DNA of 64,000 bases from an uncultured Thermoprotei archaeon (lineage in GTDB: Archaea > Thermoproteota > Thermoprotei > QMSL01 > B3-G16): the NCBI GenBank assembly GCA_964517845.1, contig CAZFCQ010000003.1:35978-99977 (forward strand), in the 5' to 3' direction. The translations under genes and the position numbers were made by a program. Numbering within the stretch: the stretch's first letter is position 1; the number at the start of each line of letters is the position of its first letter. Below the pieces are notes generated by a model. That model was not told where the DNA came from, searched no databases, and saw only the letters and a list, made by a program, of their open reading frames with translations. Positions 48,254 through 58,273 of this stretch are shown here, one piece after another.

Positions 48254-49582
48254 TCATAACTCTACTTTACATCTAATAACACCTGCGTTCTTTCGCTCAC
48301 TCATAGTTATCTTAAAAAGCTCCATTATAAGTCTTCTCTCTTCATTACTCATTATACGACCCTTTCTTAGCACGAATTTTCTATATATCCTTAATATATC
48401 ATTTAAATCGAGTTCAATAGCTCCTATTCCTAATTTCTCTATCCATAGTGTAAAGGAAGGCACATCTTTTATTATCATACCATGAAGTTGAGAAGCTACG
48501 CCTATTCTTTTTCCTGGGTATATTATCACTCCTGCGGAAGTTTTGACCATATCGCCCATAATGCATCCTAGCCTAGGTAGTCTAGTGTCTACCTCTTTAC
48601 CTCTTATAAGAACCTTTACATTCCTGTAATTGCTTTTTAAACTGAAAATTATAGTACCCACTTCAAGATAGATCCATTCACCCAAATAGGAATACTCTAT
48701 ATGGCTGTAATGCTCTACATCACTAAATCCATGTATTATTGTCTCCCTTACTTCTCCTCCTATCTTACATTTGGGCCCTATATTGCTTCCTCCTCTTATG
48801 GAGGTTCCCTTTAATAACCTACTTCCTGCTCCTATATATGAGGGTCCTTCTATTCTAACGGTAGCTTCTATATCGACATTCCTATCTATAAAGATAGGGC
48901 CGTACTTAGTATTAAAAACTACATTTGGCTCTACTTCAACATCCTCTGAAATATGAATATATTCCTCACTCCCTATTAGATAACTTCCTTTAGGAATTTC
49001 CTTTTCTTCTTTCTTCGCAGATCTCTTGAAATCTTCAAAAAGCAATTCACCATTGTGCTTTATGAGATCCCATACGTAATCTACTATTAAGTACTTCTTT
49101 ACCTCAATAATAGGTATACCCTTCTTACGTAGTCGTTTAATGGCTTCTACTGTCGACCCTTCTACTAAGTTACTACTAATTAGCTGGAAACTGGCTTCTT
49201 TAAGTCTGGCAATAAGGAGTGTCTCTCCATCTACTAGAATTAATTCCTCTCTTGGAATTTTCTCTAATAATCTTAAGGAAGCTCCATAAGCTAATAATCT
49301 ACCGTTAATCAACAATACATCTTCATCAATCTTGTGGGGTTCATTGATTATGTATCCACTAAGTTTCTTACGAAATAACGGAGCGAGATAATTTCTCATA
49401 AAAAGAGCTCTTCTATCGATTTTATAGCCAAGGTTGAAAAGAACATTCTCTATTCTTTCTCTTAAAGTGAACATACCCGTCTTGAGTTCATATACAGGTC
49501 TCGTATAGGTTAACGGTATGAAATTTTCATATTTTTCATCTTCAAAAAGTAAGAAGATAGTCATGCTTAGTCCCTTTTTCAC
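48254..49582 (-). CDS. Sugar-phosphate nucleotidyltransferase with a left-handed beta-helix (GlmU-like) C-terminal domain
   Basis: An N-terminal NTP-transferase fold is followed by hexapeptide repeats. The protein is 442 aa and lies adjacent to a GlmS-like SIS protein. Confidence 0.6.
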   Translation of the reverse strand: MKKGLSMTIFLLFEDEKYENFIPLTYTRPVYELKTGMFTLRERIENVLFNLGYKIDRRALFMRNYLAPLFRKKLSGYIINEPHKIDEDVLLINGRLLAYGASLRLLEKIPREELILVDGETLLIARLKEASFQLISSNLVEGSTVEAIKRLRKKGIPIIEVKKYLIVDYVWDLIKHNGELLFEDFKRSAKKEEKEIPKGSYLIGSEEYIHISEDVEVEPNVVFNTKYGPIFIDRNVDIEATVRIEGPSYIGAGSRLLKGTSIRGGSNIGPKCKIGGEVRETIIHGFSDVEHYSHIEYSYLGEWIYLEVGTIIFSLKSNYRNVKVLIRGKEVDTRLPRLGCIMGDMVKTSAGVIIYPGKRIGVASQLHGMIIKDVPSFTLWIEKLGIGAIELDLNDILRIYRKFVLRKGRIMSNEERRLIMELFKITMSERKNAGVIRCKVEL

Positions 49583-50667
49583 CTGGCTTTGACGACTTTA
49601 ACCAATCCTCTAGGTTCATCAGGATCTAATCCCTTGAAGATTGCTGTATAATAGGTTAATAACTGGCAAGGAACTGCATATAGTATCTGGCTAAATAATG
49701 AGTCAAATGTTGGTACCTTTAAGGCTAAGTCTGCGTAATTTAATGGTTCCTGGTCTTTCTCAACATGGATTATAAGGACTGTAGCGTTTGTATCCTTGCA
49801 TCTCTTAATTACCTTAAGGAAGATTTCATGAGCTTTTTCTCTTGAGGGAGGTGGGCAAAGGGCTAGAACAAGCGATGTAGCATCAAGTAGACTTATTGGT
49901 CCATGTAGAAATTCTGCAGCTGAGAATGCCTCAGCATGAATTAATGTTCCTTCTTTGAGCTTTAACGCTCCTTCAATAGCTATAGGATATGTAATATCTG
50001 CTCCTAAGATGTATGCGTGTTTAATCATCTTCATGACTTTAGCTATTTCGGGAATCGTGTTTTCGTAATATCTTTGAGCTTTTTCTATAATTTCAGATAG
50101 TCCGTACAGTATGTTCCAAAACTCCTCCGTTTGCTTTTTACTTATGACATTTCTAGCATAAGCATATTCTATCGAGAAGGCATAAAGCGCTACGAGCTGG
50201 GCTATATAAGTTTTAGTTGCTACTATGGCTCTCTCTTCGCCTGCTTCAGTTAGTATTAGATAATCGGATATCTTGGCTAATTTGCTTTCTTTGAAATTAG
50301 TGATCCCTAGAATCTTTACCCCTTTCTCTTTGGCCATCTTAGCCGCATCTATTACATCGATAGTTTCTCCACTTTGACTTATAGCAATAAGTAAGTCTCT
50401 CTCATGTAGGCTTCTTAAAGGCGAATATATTAGCTCACTAGCATAAATAAGGTAAGGTAAATTCTTACTTACTTCGCTTAAGATGTAACTTGCAGCAATC
50501 CCTGCGTGAAAACTAGTTCCGCATCCTGTTATAATCACTCTCTTATACTCATTTTCACATATCCTTTTAGCTATATCCTTAAAATTCTCCCTCTTTTCTA
50601 GCGTCTTCCTTATAACCTCTGGTTCTTCTCTTATCTCTCTAAGCATGTAATGATTTTCCTTTCTCAA
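49579..50667 (-). CDS. SIS-domain protein (glucosamine-6-phosphate synthase isomerase domain-like / sugar isomerase)
   Basis: Two SIS domains are present (...ITGCGTSFHAG..., ...ISQSGET...) and there is no glutaminase domain. Confidence 0.7.
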   Translation of the reverse strand: MRKENHYMLREIREEPEVIRKTLEKRENFKDIAKRICENEYKRVIITGCGTSFHAGIAASYILSEVSKNLPYLIYASELIYSPLRSLHERDLLIAISQSGETIDVIDAAKMAKEKGVKILGITNFKESKLAKISDYLILTEAGEERAIVATKTYIAQLVALYAFSIEYAYARNVISKKQTEEFWNILYGLSEIIEKAQRYYENTIPEIAKVMKMIKHAYILGADITYPIAIEGALKLKEGTLIHAEAFSAAEFLHGPISLLDATSLVLALCPPPSREKAHEIFLKVIKRCKDTNATVLIIHVEKDQEPLNYADLALKVPTFDSLFSQILYAVPCQLLTYYTAIFKGLDPDEPRGLVKVVKAR

Positions 50668-50723
50668 AATCTCACCTACTATTCTCCTCTATAGTCTCCT
50701 CTTAATTTAAAGAAAAATAGAAA

Positions 50724-50799
50724 TGGTAGCCCGGCGGGGATTCGAACCCCGGTCGGCGGGGCCAGAGCCCGCCATGCTTGGCCGCTACACCACCGGGCT
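50724..50799 (-). tRNA. tRNA-Gln (anticodon CUG), 76 nt including a genomically encoded 3' CCA
   Basis: The cloverleaf was derived by hand. The acceptor is AGCCCGG/CCGGGCU. The T-arm is CGGGG-UUCGAAU-CCCCG. The anticodon stem is GCGGG/CCCGC with loop CUCUGGC (U33, CUG, G37). Confidence 0.85.
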
Positions 50800-50925
50800 T
50801 TTCATATTCGTACTAATAGCTAGATCTTCAAACGAGGATTTAAGCTTTCTTACTTTAAAGGCTTATGTACTCTTTATATGTCTAAAGAGAATAAAAGAGA
50901 ATACTATCAAAATATAATGACTATC

Positions 50926-52230
50926 TTATGCTCCAAGTCTTTTGAAGACCTCCCAACCTAAATACTCTGCCTCGTCTCCTAGAATCTCTTCTATTCTTAA
51001 TAACCTATTATACTTCGCTGTCCTCTCTCCTCGTGCTGGTGCTCCAGTCTTAATTAACCCTGCATTAAGCGCTACCGATAAATCGGCTATAGTAGTATCC
51101 TCAGTCTCACCAGATCTATGACTAACTATTACGTTATATTTATTCCTTAAGGCTAACTCAGCAGCATCTATTGCCTCAGTTAGTGTTCCTATTTGGTTTA
51201 CTTTAAGTAATAAGGCATTAGCAGCACCAAGCTTTATCCCTTTACTTAATCTCTCTATATTAGTTACAAAGAGATCATCACCTACTATTTGTACTCTATT
51301 ACCAAGCTTCTTAGTTATTATGCTAAACCCTTCATAATCCTCTTCGTAGAATGGATCTTCTATAGATTTAACAGGATACTCGTCTATAATTCCTAAATAG
51401 TATTCCAATAACTCATCTCTACTCAGAAGCTTATTATCGATCTTATACTTATTGCCGTCATAGAAACTCGAGGCAGCAGCGTCTAGTGCTAGTACTATAT
51501 CGTTCTCAGGATCGTAACCTGCTTTTTTAATAGCGTTTACTAATGCATCTAAAGCCTCCCTTGTTTCCTTCATAGGTGGTGCAAAGCCTCCTTCATCACC
51601 AACGTTGATTGCTGCAAGTCCATACTTTTCCTTTAGGTAATTTTTAAGTTCGTGATATACTTCACTTCCTATTCTTAATGCTTCACTAAATTTGTCTACT
51701 CCTAATGGCATTATCATGAACTCTTGAATGCTTAGCTCATTCCCTGCATGCTTTCCTCCATTGAGTATATTCATCATAGGAACTGGCAATATATGAGCTC
51801 TTACGCCACCTAAATACCGAAATAGCTCTACTTGGAGAGTGTTAGCTGCTGCTTTAGCATTAGCTAACGAAACACCAAGTATTGCATTTGCACCTAATTT
51901 TGACTTATTTTTAGTTCCATCTAACGTTAGAAGTGTTTTGTCAAGTTCTCTTTGTCTCCTTGAATCCATACCTGTGATTATCGGTGCGATTATAGTGTTA
52001 ACATTATCGATAGCTTTTCTTACTCCTAATCCATGATATCTTTCATCCCCATCTCTAAGCTCTATAGCTTCATGCACTCCTTTAGAAGCTCCAGCTGGTA
52101 CTTCTGCTATTCCTTTTCCTCCTCCTTTTGTTCTTATCTCAACTTCTACTGTAGGATTCCCTCTGGAGTCTAAGACTTCCCTAGCCTTGACATAGGCTAT
52201 TTTAAATAGATCCTCAGGTATCCATATCAT
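50926..52230 (-). CDS. eno: Enolase (phosphopyruvate hydratase)
   Basis: The product is 434 aa and carries the enolase signature ...SHRSGETED... Confidence 0.95.
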   Translation of the reverse strand: MIWIPEDLFKIAYVKAREVLDSRGNPTVEVEIRTKGGGKGIAEVPAGASKGVHEAIELRDGDERYHGLGVRKAIDNVNTIIAPIITGMDSRRQRELDKTLLTLDGTKNKSKLGANAILGVSLANAKAAANTLQVELFRYLGGVRAHILPVPMMNILNGGKHAGNELSIQEFMIMPLGVDKFSEALRIGSEVYHELKNYLKEKYGLAAINVGDEGGFAPPMKETREALDALVNAIKKAGYDPENDIVLALDAAASSFYDGNKYKIDNKLLSRDELLEYYLGIIDEYPVKSIEDPFYEEDYEGFSIITKKLGNRVQIVGDDLFVTNIERLSKGIKLGAANALLLKVNQIGTLTEAIDAAELALRNKYNVIVSHRSGETEDTTIADLSVALNAGLIKTGAPARGERTAKYNRLLRIEEILGDEAEYLGWEVFKRLGA

Positions 52231-52240
52231 GATATATCAC

Positions 52241-53077
52241 CTAACTAATTTTACTCCTTAAGAAGATAAGTATACTCCTCAAGTCATCAATTGATACGCG
52301 TTTATTCCTACTTAGCCAGAACATTTCTAGTAAAATAAAGTGGGCTTTGCTATTGTTTATAAGATTCACCATATTATCGATATCAATATCTCCCTTTCCT
52401 AATAGGAAGTGATCTCGTACTTTTTCTCCTTCAACTCTGTAATCGTGAATGTGAATTACTTTGACTTTATCTCCTAATGTCCTAAACCATTTTTCAAGTT
52501 CACTAGTCTCTTTTAGTTCTTCTTTCTTAGTATTAGCAACTATCATGTGCCCTATATCAAGGCACATGTAGAGGTTTCCTATTTCATGAAGTATAGTATT
52601 TATTTCCTCTATCTTACCAAGGAATTCCGTTGGGTTATTTTCCAGCGTAGGTTTCACTCCTGCTTCATTACATAACCTAACGATTTCCTTTATGGATCTC
52701 TTAGTAGCTTGATAAACTGCTTTATAGACTTCTTCATACTCCGTAGCTTCTTTAGTAAAGATATGAAAATTAAAATATTCACTCTCTAGCTTCTCTGCAA
52801 AAGATATGCACTTTTTATATACCTTAAGAGATGCTACTCTTAAATTCTCTCTAGGGCTAGCTAAGCTTATATCTCTCCAAGGAGCATGAATCCCAACCTT
52901 GAAGTCATACTCTTTAATAAGCTTCTTCACTCTATTAAAAACGATCTCATCGATAATTTCTGGCCATGGATAGTCCAATGAAATTTCTACATAATCGAAT
53001 CCCTTTTCGTAGGCTATCTGTAAGACATCATCTATTCTACCACTTCCATACCATATAGGTAAACCAAAATATCTCAT
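52241..53077 (-). CDS. Sugar phosphate isomerase/epimerase (xylose-isomerase-like TIM barrel)
   Basis: AP-endonuclease-2 / XylA-like TIM barrel motifs are present. Confidence 0.6.
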   Translation of the reverse strand: MRYFGLPIWYGSGRIDDVLQIAYEKGFDYVEISLDYPWPEIIDEIVFNRVKKLIKEYDFKVGIHAPWRDISLASPRENLRVASLKVYKKCISFAEKLESEYFNFHIFTKEATEYEEVYKAVYQATKRSIKEIVRLCNEAGVKPTLENNPTEFLGKIEEINTILHEIGNLYMCLDIGHMIVANTKKEELKETSELEKWFRTLGDKVKVIHIHDYRVEGEKVRDHFLLGKGDIDIDNMVNLINNSKAHFILLEMFWLSRNKRVSIDDLRSILIFLRSKIS

Positions 53078-53126
53078 TCTCCTCTCCTATAATTTAGATT
53101 TAATATAAAAGATTAGGACTTTTAGA

Positions 53127-53522
53127 TTAAGTAAAAACTGGCCTAAACTTTATACCATACTGTATTATTCCTTCCTCTCCATTCTCACAGATCTTTCTAA
53201 GTACTGCTTCTACTTCGATACCTATATTTACTTCCTCAGGTTCTATGTCGGTAAGCTGTGCTAGTACCCTGGTACCATCTATAAGCTCTACTATAGCTAT
53301 AACATATGGTGCGTACTTTTCATATCCTCTAGGAGGAACTCTGATTACTGTAAATGTTAAAACCTTACCCCTTTCAGGGAGCTTTACATCACGAAGGTTC
53401 CTACTATGACATATAGGACATACTTTTCTTGGTGGATAATATCGTTTTCCACAGGAGAGACATTCACTACCAATAAGTCTATAATGGTATTTTATTCCTC
53501 TCCAATATCTGGGGACACTCAT
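53127..53522 (-). CDS. DUF35 OB-fold/Zn-ribbon protein (scaffold of the archaeal thiolase/HMG-CoA synthase complex)
   Basis: A Zn ribbon (CLSCGKRYYPPRKVCPICHS) is followed by an OB fold. The gene is adjacent to thiolase and HMGCS. Confidence 0.8.
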   Translation of the reverse strand: MSVPRYWRGIKYHYRLIGSECLSCGKRYYPPRKVCPICHSRNLRDVKLPERGKVLTFTVIRVPPRGYEKYAPYVIAIVELIDGTRVLAQLTDIEPEEVNIGIEVEAVLRKICENGEEGIIQYGIKFRPVFT

Positions 53523-53533
53523 ATTTACACCTC

Positions 53534-54691
53534 CTAATCTCTACGTTTTAATATATGTATCACCACAGTTCCTCCCACTCCTCCTGTAGACTGAAGAAGA
53601 GCAGTCTCAGCCTTAGAAATCTGATTCTTTCCGGCTTCTCCTCTTAATTGAAGAGTAGCATCTATGACTTGAAATATTCCTGTAGCTCCTACTGGATGTC
53701 CTCTAGCTTTAAGGCCACCCATGGTATTTACAGGTATTTTCCCATCCCTAGCTATTTCTCCTTCCCTAACGAGTAAATATCCCTCTCCCTTCTTAGCAAA
53801 TCCAAGATCCTCAAGTGCTAAAACTCCTAATATAGTGAATGCGTCATGTACTTCTAGTAGATCTATATCTTTAGGCTCTAGCTTAGCCTGTCCATAAGCT
53901 TCTTTTGATGCTACTACTGTAGCTCTTAATGTCAATATATCGTCACGCTCATGTATCGATAGATAGTCTGTAGCTGCTGAAGATGCTATAATTTCTACTG
54001 GAGTATCAGTTAATTTCTTAGCTCTATCTAATGTTGTTATGACTAATGCTGCAGCCCCATCGCTGATGGGAGCGCATTCTAGCAAATGAATTGGATCAGC
54101 TATAAATGGAGATCTCAAAATATCTTCAAGTTTAATAGGATTCCTATATTGAGCATAAGGGGTATTACATGCATTCTCATGCATGTAGACAGCGAAAGAA
54201 GCGATATCCTCTTGTTTTACATCAAATTTATGCATATAATATCTATAGATTAATGCATTTAGTCCAACAAAAGTAGCACCAGAGTAAACTACATACTCCC
54301 TATCATCTGCCATCGCCAAGGATAACGTCACATCAGGAGTTAGTTTATCTGTCATCTTCTCCACACCTCCTGCTATTACCATATCGTAAAGACCTGAAGC
54401 TACTGCTAGGTAAGCTTGATGTAAACTCATACCCCCCGAAGCACATGCTGCCTCAACTTTAGTAGCCATTATGCCTGGTCGACCTATATGACTAGCTAAG
54501 AGGGCTCCTAAATGCTCTTGTTCTTGCAAGCTACCACTCATCATATTACCTACGTACAGTGCTTCTACCTTATCCACTCCTGCATCGTCCATAGCTTTAA
54601 GAGCTGCTTCAACGAAGAGATCTCTTAATGATCTTTCCCATAATTCACCTATTTTTGTGTAGCCTATCCCAGCTATAGCTACCCTTCTCAT
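53534..54691 (-). CDS. Acetyl-CoA C-acetyltransferase (thiolase)
   Basis: The thiolase fold has the active-site Cys region (...VEAACASGG...) and C-terminal His/Cys motifs. Confidence 0.9.
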   Translation of the reverse strand: MRRVAIAGIGYTKIGELWERSLRDLFVEAALKAMDDAGVDKVEALYVGNMMSGSLQEQEHLGALLASHIGRPGIMATKVEAACASGGMSLHQAYLAVASGLYDMVIAGGVEKMTDKLTPDVTLSLAMADDREYVVYSGATFVGLNALIYRYYMHKFDVKQEDIASFAVYMHENACNTPYAQYRNPIKLEDILRSPFIADPIHLLECAPISDGAAALVITTLDRAKKLTDTPVEIIASSAATDYLSIHERDDILTLRATVVASKEAYGQAKLEPKDIDLLEVHDAFTILGVLALEDLGFAKKGEGYLLVREGEIARDGKIPVNTMGGLKARGHPVGATGIFQVIDATLQLRGEAGKNQISKAETALLQSTGGVGGTVVIHILKRRD

Positions 54692-54702
54692 AAGGATCCT
54701 AC

Positions 54703-55752
54703 CTATGTCCTAATTTTATTACGATATACAGCATAGAGTGCATAATCTACATATTTACGTCTCTTAACATAGTCTAATACTTTAGGAGCAAGATCTCTCT
54801 TACTTTCAATTGCATCCTGGACTACAATACTGAAAGCATCACTTCCAGCACCTGAGCCAAATGAAACTGCTAAGATTCTGTTACTTGGCTTAGCGATATC
54901 TAGAATACCTGCTAGACCTATTAATGTCGAAGCAGCATATGTATTCCCTATTTCTCCACATAGCAGGCCTGGTTTTAGTTGATCTACTTTAAAGCCTAGA
55001 ATACGCGCAGCTGTCATAGGGAATTTAATATTTGGCTGATGAAAAACTACATAATCAAAGTCAGAAATCTTAAGCCCAAGATTTTCCATTAAGCCTTTCG
55101 CTGCCTCAACAATATGCTTGAAATAGGCAGGTCTACCTGTAAATCTACCAGTATGCATTGGATAAAATTGCCCCTCTCGCCTCCAGAAATCTGGAGTATC
55201 CGTTACATAGGAGTACGATCCTTCTATATAAGCTATAGTTTCATAAGATTTTGGAGCTAGAATATAAGCCGCAGCACCACAGCCCGCAGTATACTCTAAC
55301 GCATCTCTAGGTCTTCCTTGAGCTGTATCGACTCCTATTGCTAACGCATAATTAACCATGTTTGATCCTACTAATGCTATAGAAGCCTCAAATGCCTCTG
55401 TTCCAGCTTTGCATGCAAATTCTAAATCTGCAGCTAGGCTTACTGGAGTTATACCTAATGCCTCGGCGATTATAGTCGCACTCGGTTTTACAGCATAAGG
55501 TTTACTTTCTGTACCGATTCGTATGGATCCTATATCACGTGGATCTATTTTTGCTCTTTTTAATGCATTTTTTGCAGCTTCAATAGCCATGGTAACAGAA
55601 TCTTCGTCAGGTCCTACGATACTCTTCTCCTTTACTGGAATAGTAGAACTCTTCCATATCCTGGAAATTTCTTCTCCTTTTATCCTATACATTGGGATAT
55701 AGACTCCATAGCCTATTATACCTACTTCCCTTGAAGGTCTCATATAGTTCAC
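54703..55752 (-). CDS. Hydroxymethylglutaryl-CoA synthase (archaeal type)
   Basis: A thiolase-like fold is present, with ...[11 protein letters not shown]... around the catalytic Cys. Confidence 0.85.
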   Translation of the reverse strand: MNYMRPSREVGIIGYGVYIPMYRIKGEEISRIWKSSTIPVKEKSIVGPDEDSVTMAIEAAKNALKRAKIDPRDIGSIRIGTESKPYAVKPSATIIAEALGITPVSLAADLEFACKAGTEAFEASIALVGSNMVNYALAIGVDTAQGRPRDALEYTAGCGAAAYILAPKSYETIAYIEGSYSYVTDTPDFWRREGQFYPMHTGRFTGRPAYFKHIVEAAKGLMENLGLKISDFDYVVFHQPNIKFPMTAARILGFKVDQLKPGLLCGEIGNTYAASTLIGLAGILDIAKPSNRILAVSFGSGAGSDAFSIVVQDAIESKRDLAPKVLDYVKRRKYVDYALYAVYRNKIRT

Positions 55753-55809
55753 GAGAAAATACTAAGTAAGTAGAGAAGATAATATAACTTACGTTTCCTG
55801 TCGAAGGAT

Positions 55810-56358
55810 TTATTCGACAAGTTTTAATATCTCTTCTAGACGAGAATTCAGATCTCTTAACATTTCCTTTATCCTATTTACTCTTCTTTCTAACTCCTTC
55901 CTCCTAGATCTCTCTTCACTATATTTTGAAAGAAGATTTTCTCTCTCACTCTCTAACTCCCTAATTCTCTTTTCTAACTCTTGGGTACTTTCTGCTAGAA
56001 GTTCTCCTGGTAAAGTTACCTTAAAGCCCTCCTTGCGTATTTTCTCATAAGTTTCTCGTACTAATCTACCAGCTTTAGTTCTACCACTAAGGTGATTTCT
56101 TATTGTACCCTCAGATCTGCCTAGGTCATCTGCTATCTGACTTACACTCATGCCTGCTCTTTCCCTTGCTAAGGCCCCTGCGGCTACTGCTAAAGAGTCT
56201 ATCCATGTTAATCTCTCTTCGCTCTCCCTAATCTCCTTAATTACATCTTCCCTTAATAGAGTTCCGATCAAAAGTGCTGTCTCAAGTTTGTGAATCTCCT
56301 CTCTACCTAAAGGTCTTAGAGGTATCTCCTCATTATTCATAATTATCACCTTACTCAT
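55810..56358 (-). CDS. HTH transcriptional regulator with a C-terminal coiled coil
   Basis: A putative HTH (MSVSQIADDLGRSEGTIRNHL) is followed by a charged heptad-like C-terminus. The gene is upstream of and co-directional with the KaiC-like gene. Confidence 0.5.
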   Translation of the reverse strand: MSKVIIMNNEEIPLRPLGREEIHKLETALLIGTLLREDVIKEIRESEERLTWIDSLAVAAGALARERAGMSVSQIADDLGRSEGTIRNHLSGRTKAGRLVRETYEKIRKEGFKVTLPGELLAESTQELEKRIRELESERENLLSKYSEERSRRKELERRVNRIKEMLRDLNSRLEEILKLVE

Positions 56359-56388
56359 ATTACTAGAAATAATAGGGGATATTTAGTA

Positions 56389-57147
56389 TTATTCCTCCTC
56401 TAATATTCCTCTTCGTATCCGCAGGGTCTTATCTGCATAAATTATTATACCTTTGTCTGTTATATCGAATGGATGTCTTCTCATACTATGCGATGTCCCT
56501 CGCATTTTCCACACTATAACACTTCTCTTTAATTCTCCCTCATATTCGTCCAGATCAAGTCTTATAATACCATCAGCTGCATGCTCAACTCCAGGTCCAC
56601 CGAATCCTCTCTCTGTAGAGCTTACTTGACTTACTAATATTGATGTACATCCCATACCTGAAAGCATTCTCTTTAATTGCATTACTACACTCCTTGCGAC
56701 TGATGGTTTAGTTAAATACAATGTAGATACAGAATCTATAACTACCCTTTGAGCATTTACCTCCCTTATAGCTCTTCTTAATACATCGACTAACTCATGT
56801 ACATCGTCTGGATTCTTAACAACATACTTCTCCCTTTTTGCATACTCTCCTATGCCTCCTGTAAAAGCATCTACTATGGCAAAAAGCCCTTCTATTTCGT
56901 AATCTTTAACTTCCCAACCAAATTTTGCCATATTATCTATTATCTGTTTAGGATGTTCCTCTAAAGCAACAAGTATTCCTGGCTCCCCATTTAATAGTCC
57001 ATAATACAGAAATTGTTGCCCTAATATTGACTTACCTGTTCCCGGCCCCCCAGATAAAAGGACTATATTCCTTCGAGGAATACCACCATGTAATACTTCA
57101 TCCAATCCAGGTACTCCAGTCTTAACTCTCTCTATCCTTTTTGGCAT
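56389..57147 (-). CDS. KaiC-like RecA-superfamily ATPase (single KaiC domain)
   Basis: The N-terminal [31 protein letters not shown] carries Walker A, with Walker B (VVIDS). Confidence 0.8.
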   Translation of the reverse strand: MPKRIERVKTGVPGLDEVLHGGIPRRNIVLLSGGPGTGKSILGQQFLYYGLLNGEPGILVALEEHPKQIIDNMAKFGWEVKDYEIEGLFAIVDAFTGGIGEYAKREKYVVKNPDDVHELVDVLRRAIREVNAQRVVIDSVSTLYLTKPSVARSVVMQLKRMLSGMGCTSILVSQVSSTERGFGGPGVEHAADGIIRLDLDEYEGELKRSVIVWKMRGTSHSMRRHPFDITDKGIIIYADKTLRIRRGILEEE

Positions 57148-57216
57148 CCCTTATTCCCGAGTAATATGTCTCCTAAAAGCGTATTATTAATCTTTAGAAA
57201 TTTGTGATGATATCTA

Positions 57217-57852
57217 CTACTTACAGTACCTCTTAGTTATGTAATCCTCTATAGCCTTGAATATCGTTTCCATGGCATCGTATCTTAATAGCTCTCTACT
57301 GCCCTTAGCCACATAGTAGATACCAGGCTTCTCTATGAAGCCCATTAGAAGAAGTTCTCCTTCTAAAAATTCTATCAAAAAGTGTTTCCCTCCTGCGGAT
57401 ACCTTAAGTACCTCATCAATTAATTCCTTTATAAGAGCAGCTTCCGCTTCTCCCTTCTCTTTATTCCCTTCTGTAGTTTCAATAAGTAGACCAGAAGCAT
57501 CTGCTATTGTTATACCCTTAAGTTCGTATCCTTTAGCTAGTTCCTCTATTGAATTAGCTTGTATTAATGTTATCTTTCTTTCCTTTTCTACTTCGTGTCG
57601 TAATGTACCTTGTGTAAAGCTCCCTAAAACCATTCTAGCTAATAATCTTATAGAGCTTGAATACTCCATTATGAATTTCCCGAGTACCCTATTCGTTTCT
57701 CTTAGGTCTTTAATAAGCTTCCTACGTAAATACGTACTGACAAGTAATAACGTTAAGGCGTATATTATGATCATAAGCACGTCTTTAGGGGTAAAAGAAA
57801 GCAGATCTTTTATTATAAAATCCCATAAGTTACTCAGAAACTTCACCTCCAA
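57217..57852 (-). CDS. Membrane-anchored Roadblock/LC7 (MglB-like) domain protein
   Basis: An N-terminal TM helix is followed by a C-terminal roadblock-like ...ITIADASGLLIETTEG... Confidence 0.5.
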   Translation of the reverse strand: MEVKFLSNLWDFIIKDLLSFTPKDVLMIIIYALTLLLVSTYLRRKLIKDLRETNRVLGKFIMEYSSSIRLLARMVLGSFTQGTLRHEVEKERKITLIQANSIEELAKGYELKGITIADASGLLIETTEGNKEKGEAEAALIKELIDEVLKVSAGGKHFLIEFLEGELLLMGFIEKPGIYYVAKGSRELLRYDAMETIFKAIEDYITKRYCK

Positions 57853-58165
57853 ATATCTTCCTTAGTATAACATATATCTTACCTAGGTTAGGTTTAACTC
57901 TGGTCTTGCTTACAATATACTCTTTTCCTTTTTTAACAATTATGATATGACTCTCATCCTCTAACATGATATCTACATGCTTTATGTTATGAGGAAAAAT
58001 CTCGCTTTTTATGATCTTTATTATTTCATTTAGAGTTTCCTCGCTTATGTCTCTAGGGGAAAATTTACCAAGTACATCACCATTACTACTTAAGACTATT
58101 ATCCACTCTATGTCCTTTCTACTCTCTACTAATACTCTTTTAATTAGAGTCTCCCATGATTTCAC
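57830..58165 (-). CDS. Roadblock/LC7 domain protein
   Basis: The 111-aa product has ...IIVLSSNGDVLGKF... with an alpha-beta-alpha sandwich-like pattern. Confidence 0.5.
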   Translation of the reverse strand: MKSWETLIKRVLVESRKDIEWIIVLSSNGDVLGKFSPRDISEETLNEIIKIIKSEIFPHNIKHVDIMLEDESHIIIVKKGKEYIVSKTRVKPNLGKIYVILRKIFGGEVSE

Positions 58166-58273
58166 TTTAAGCCCTCTTTATTAACCTTTAAATCTAAGTT
58201 GAACTAGTATTAATCACGCATTTATGTATATTTACCCATAGTATGTCTTCCATGTACTTATAAGGGGGACTTT

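Noticed and set aside
50723-50917. The 64-aa plus-strand ORF
   Set aside because: It lies on top of the minus-strand tRNA-Gln gene. Its Ala/Arg/Gly-rich translation is just the tRNA sequence read as protein.
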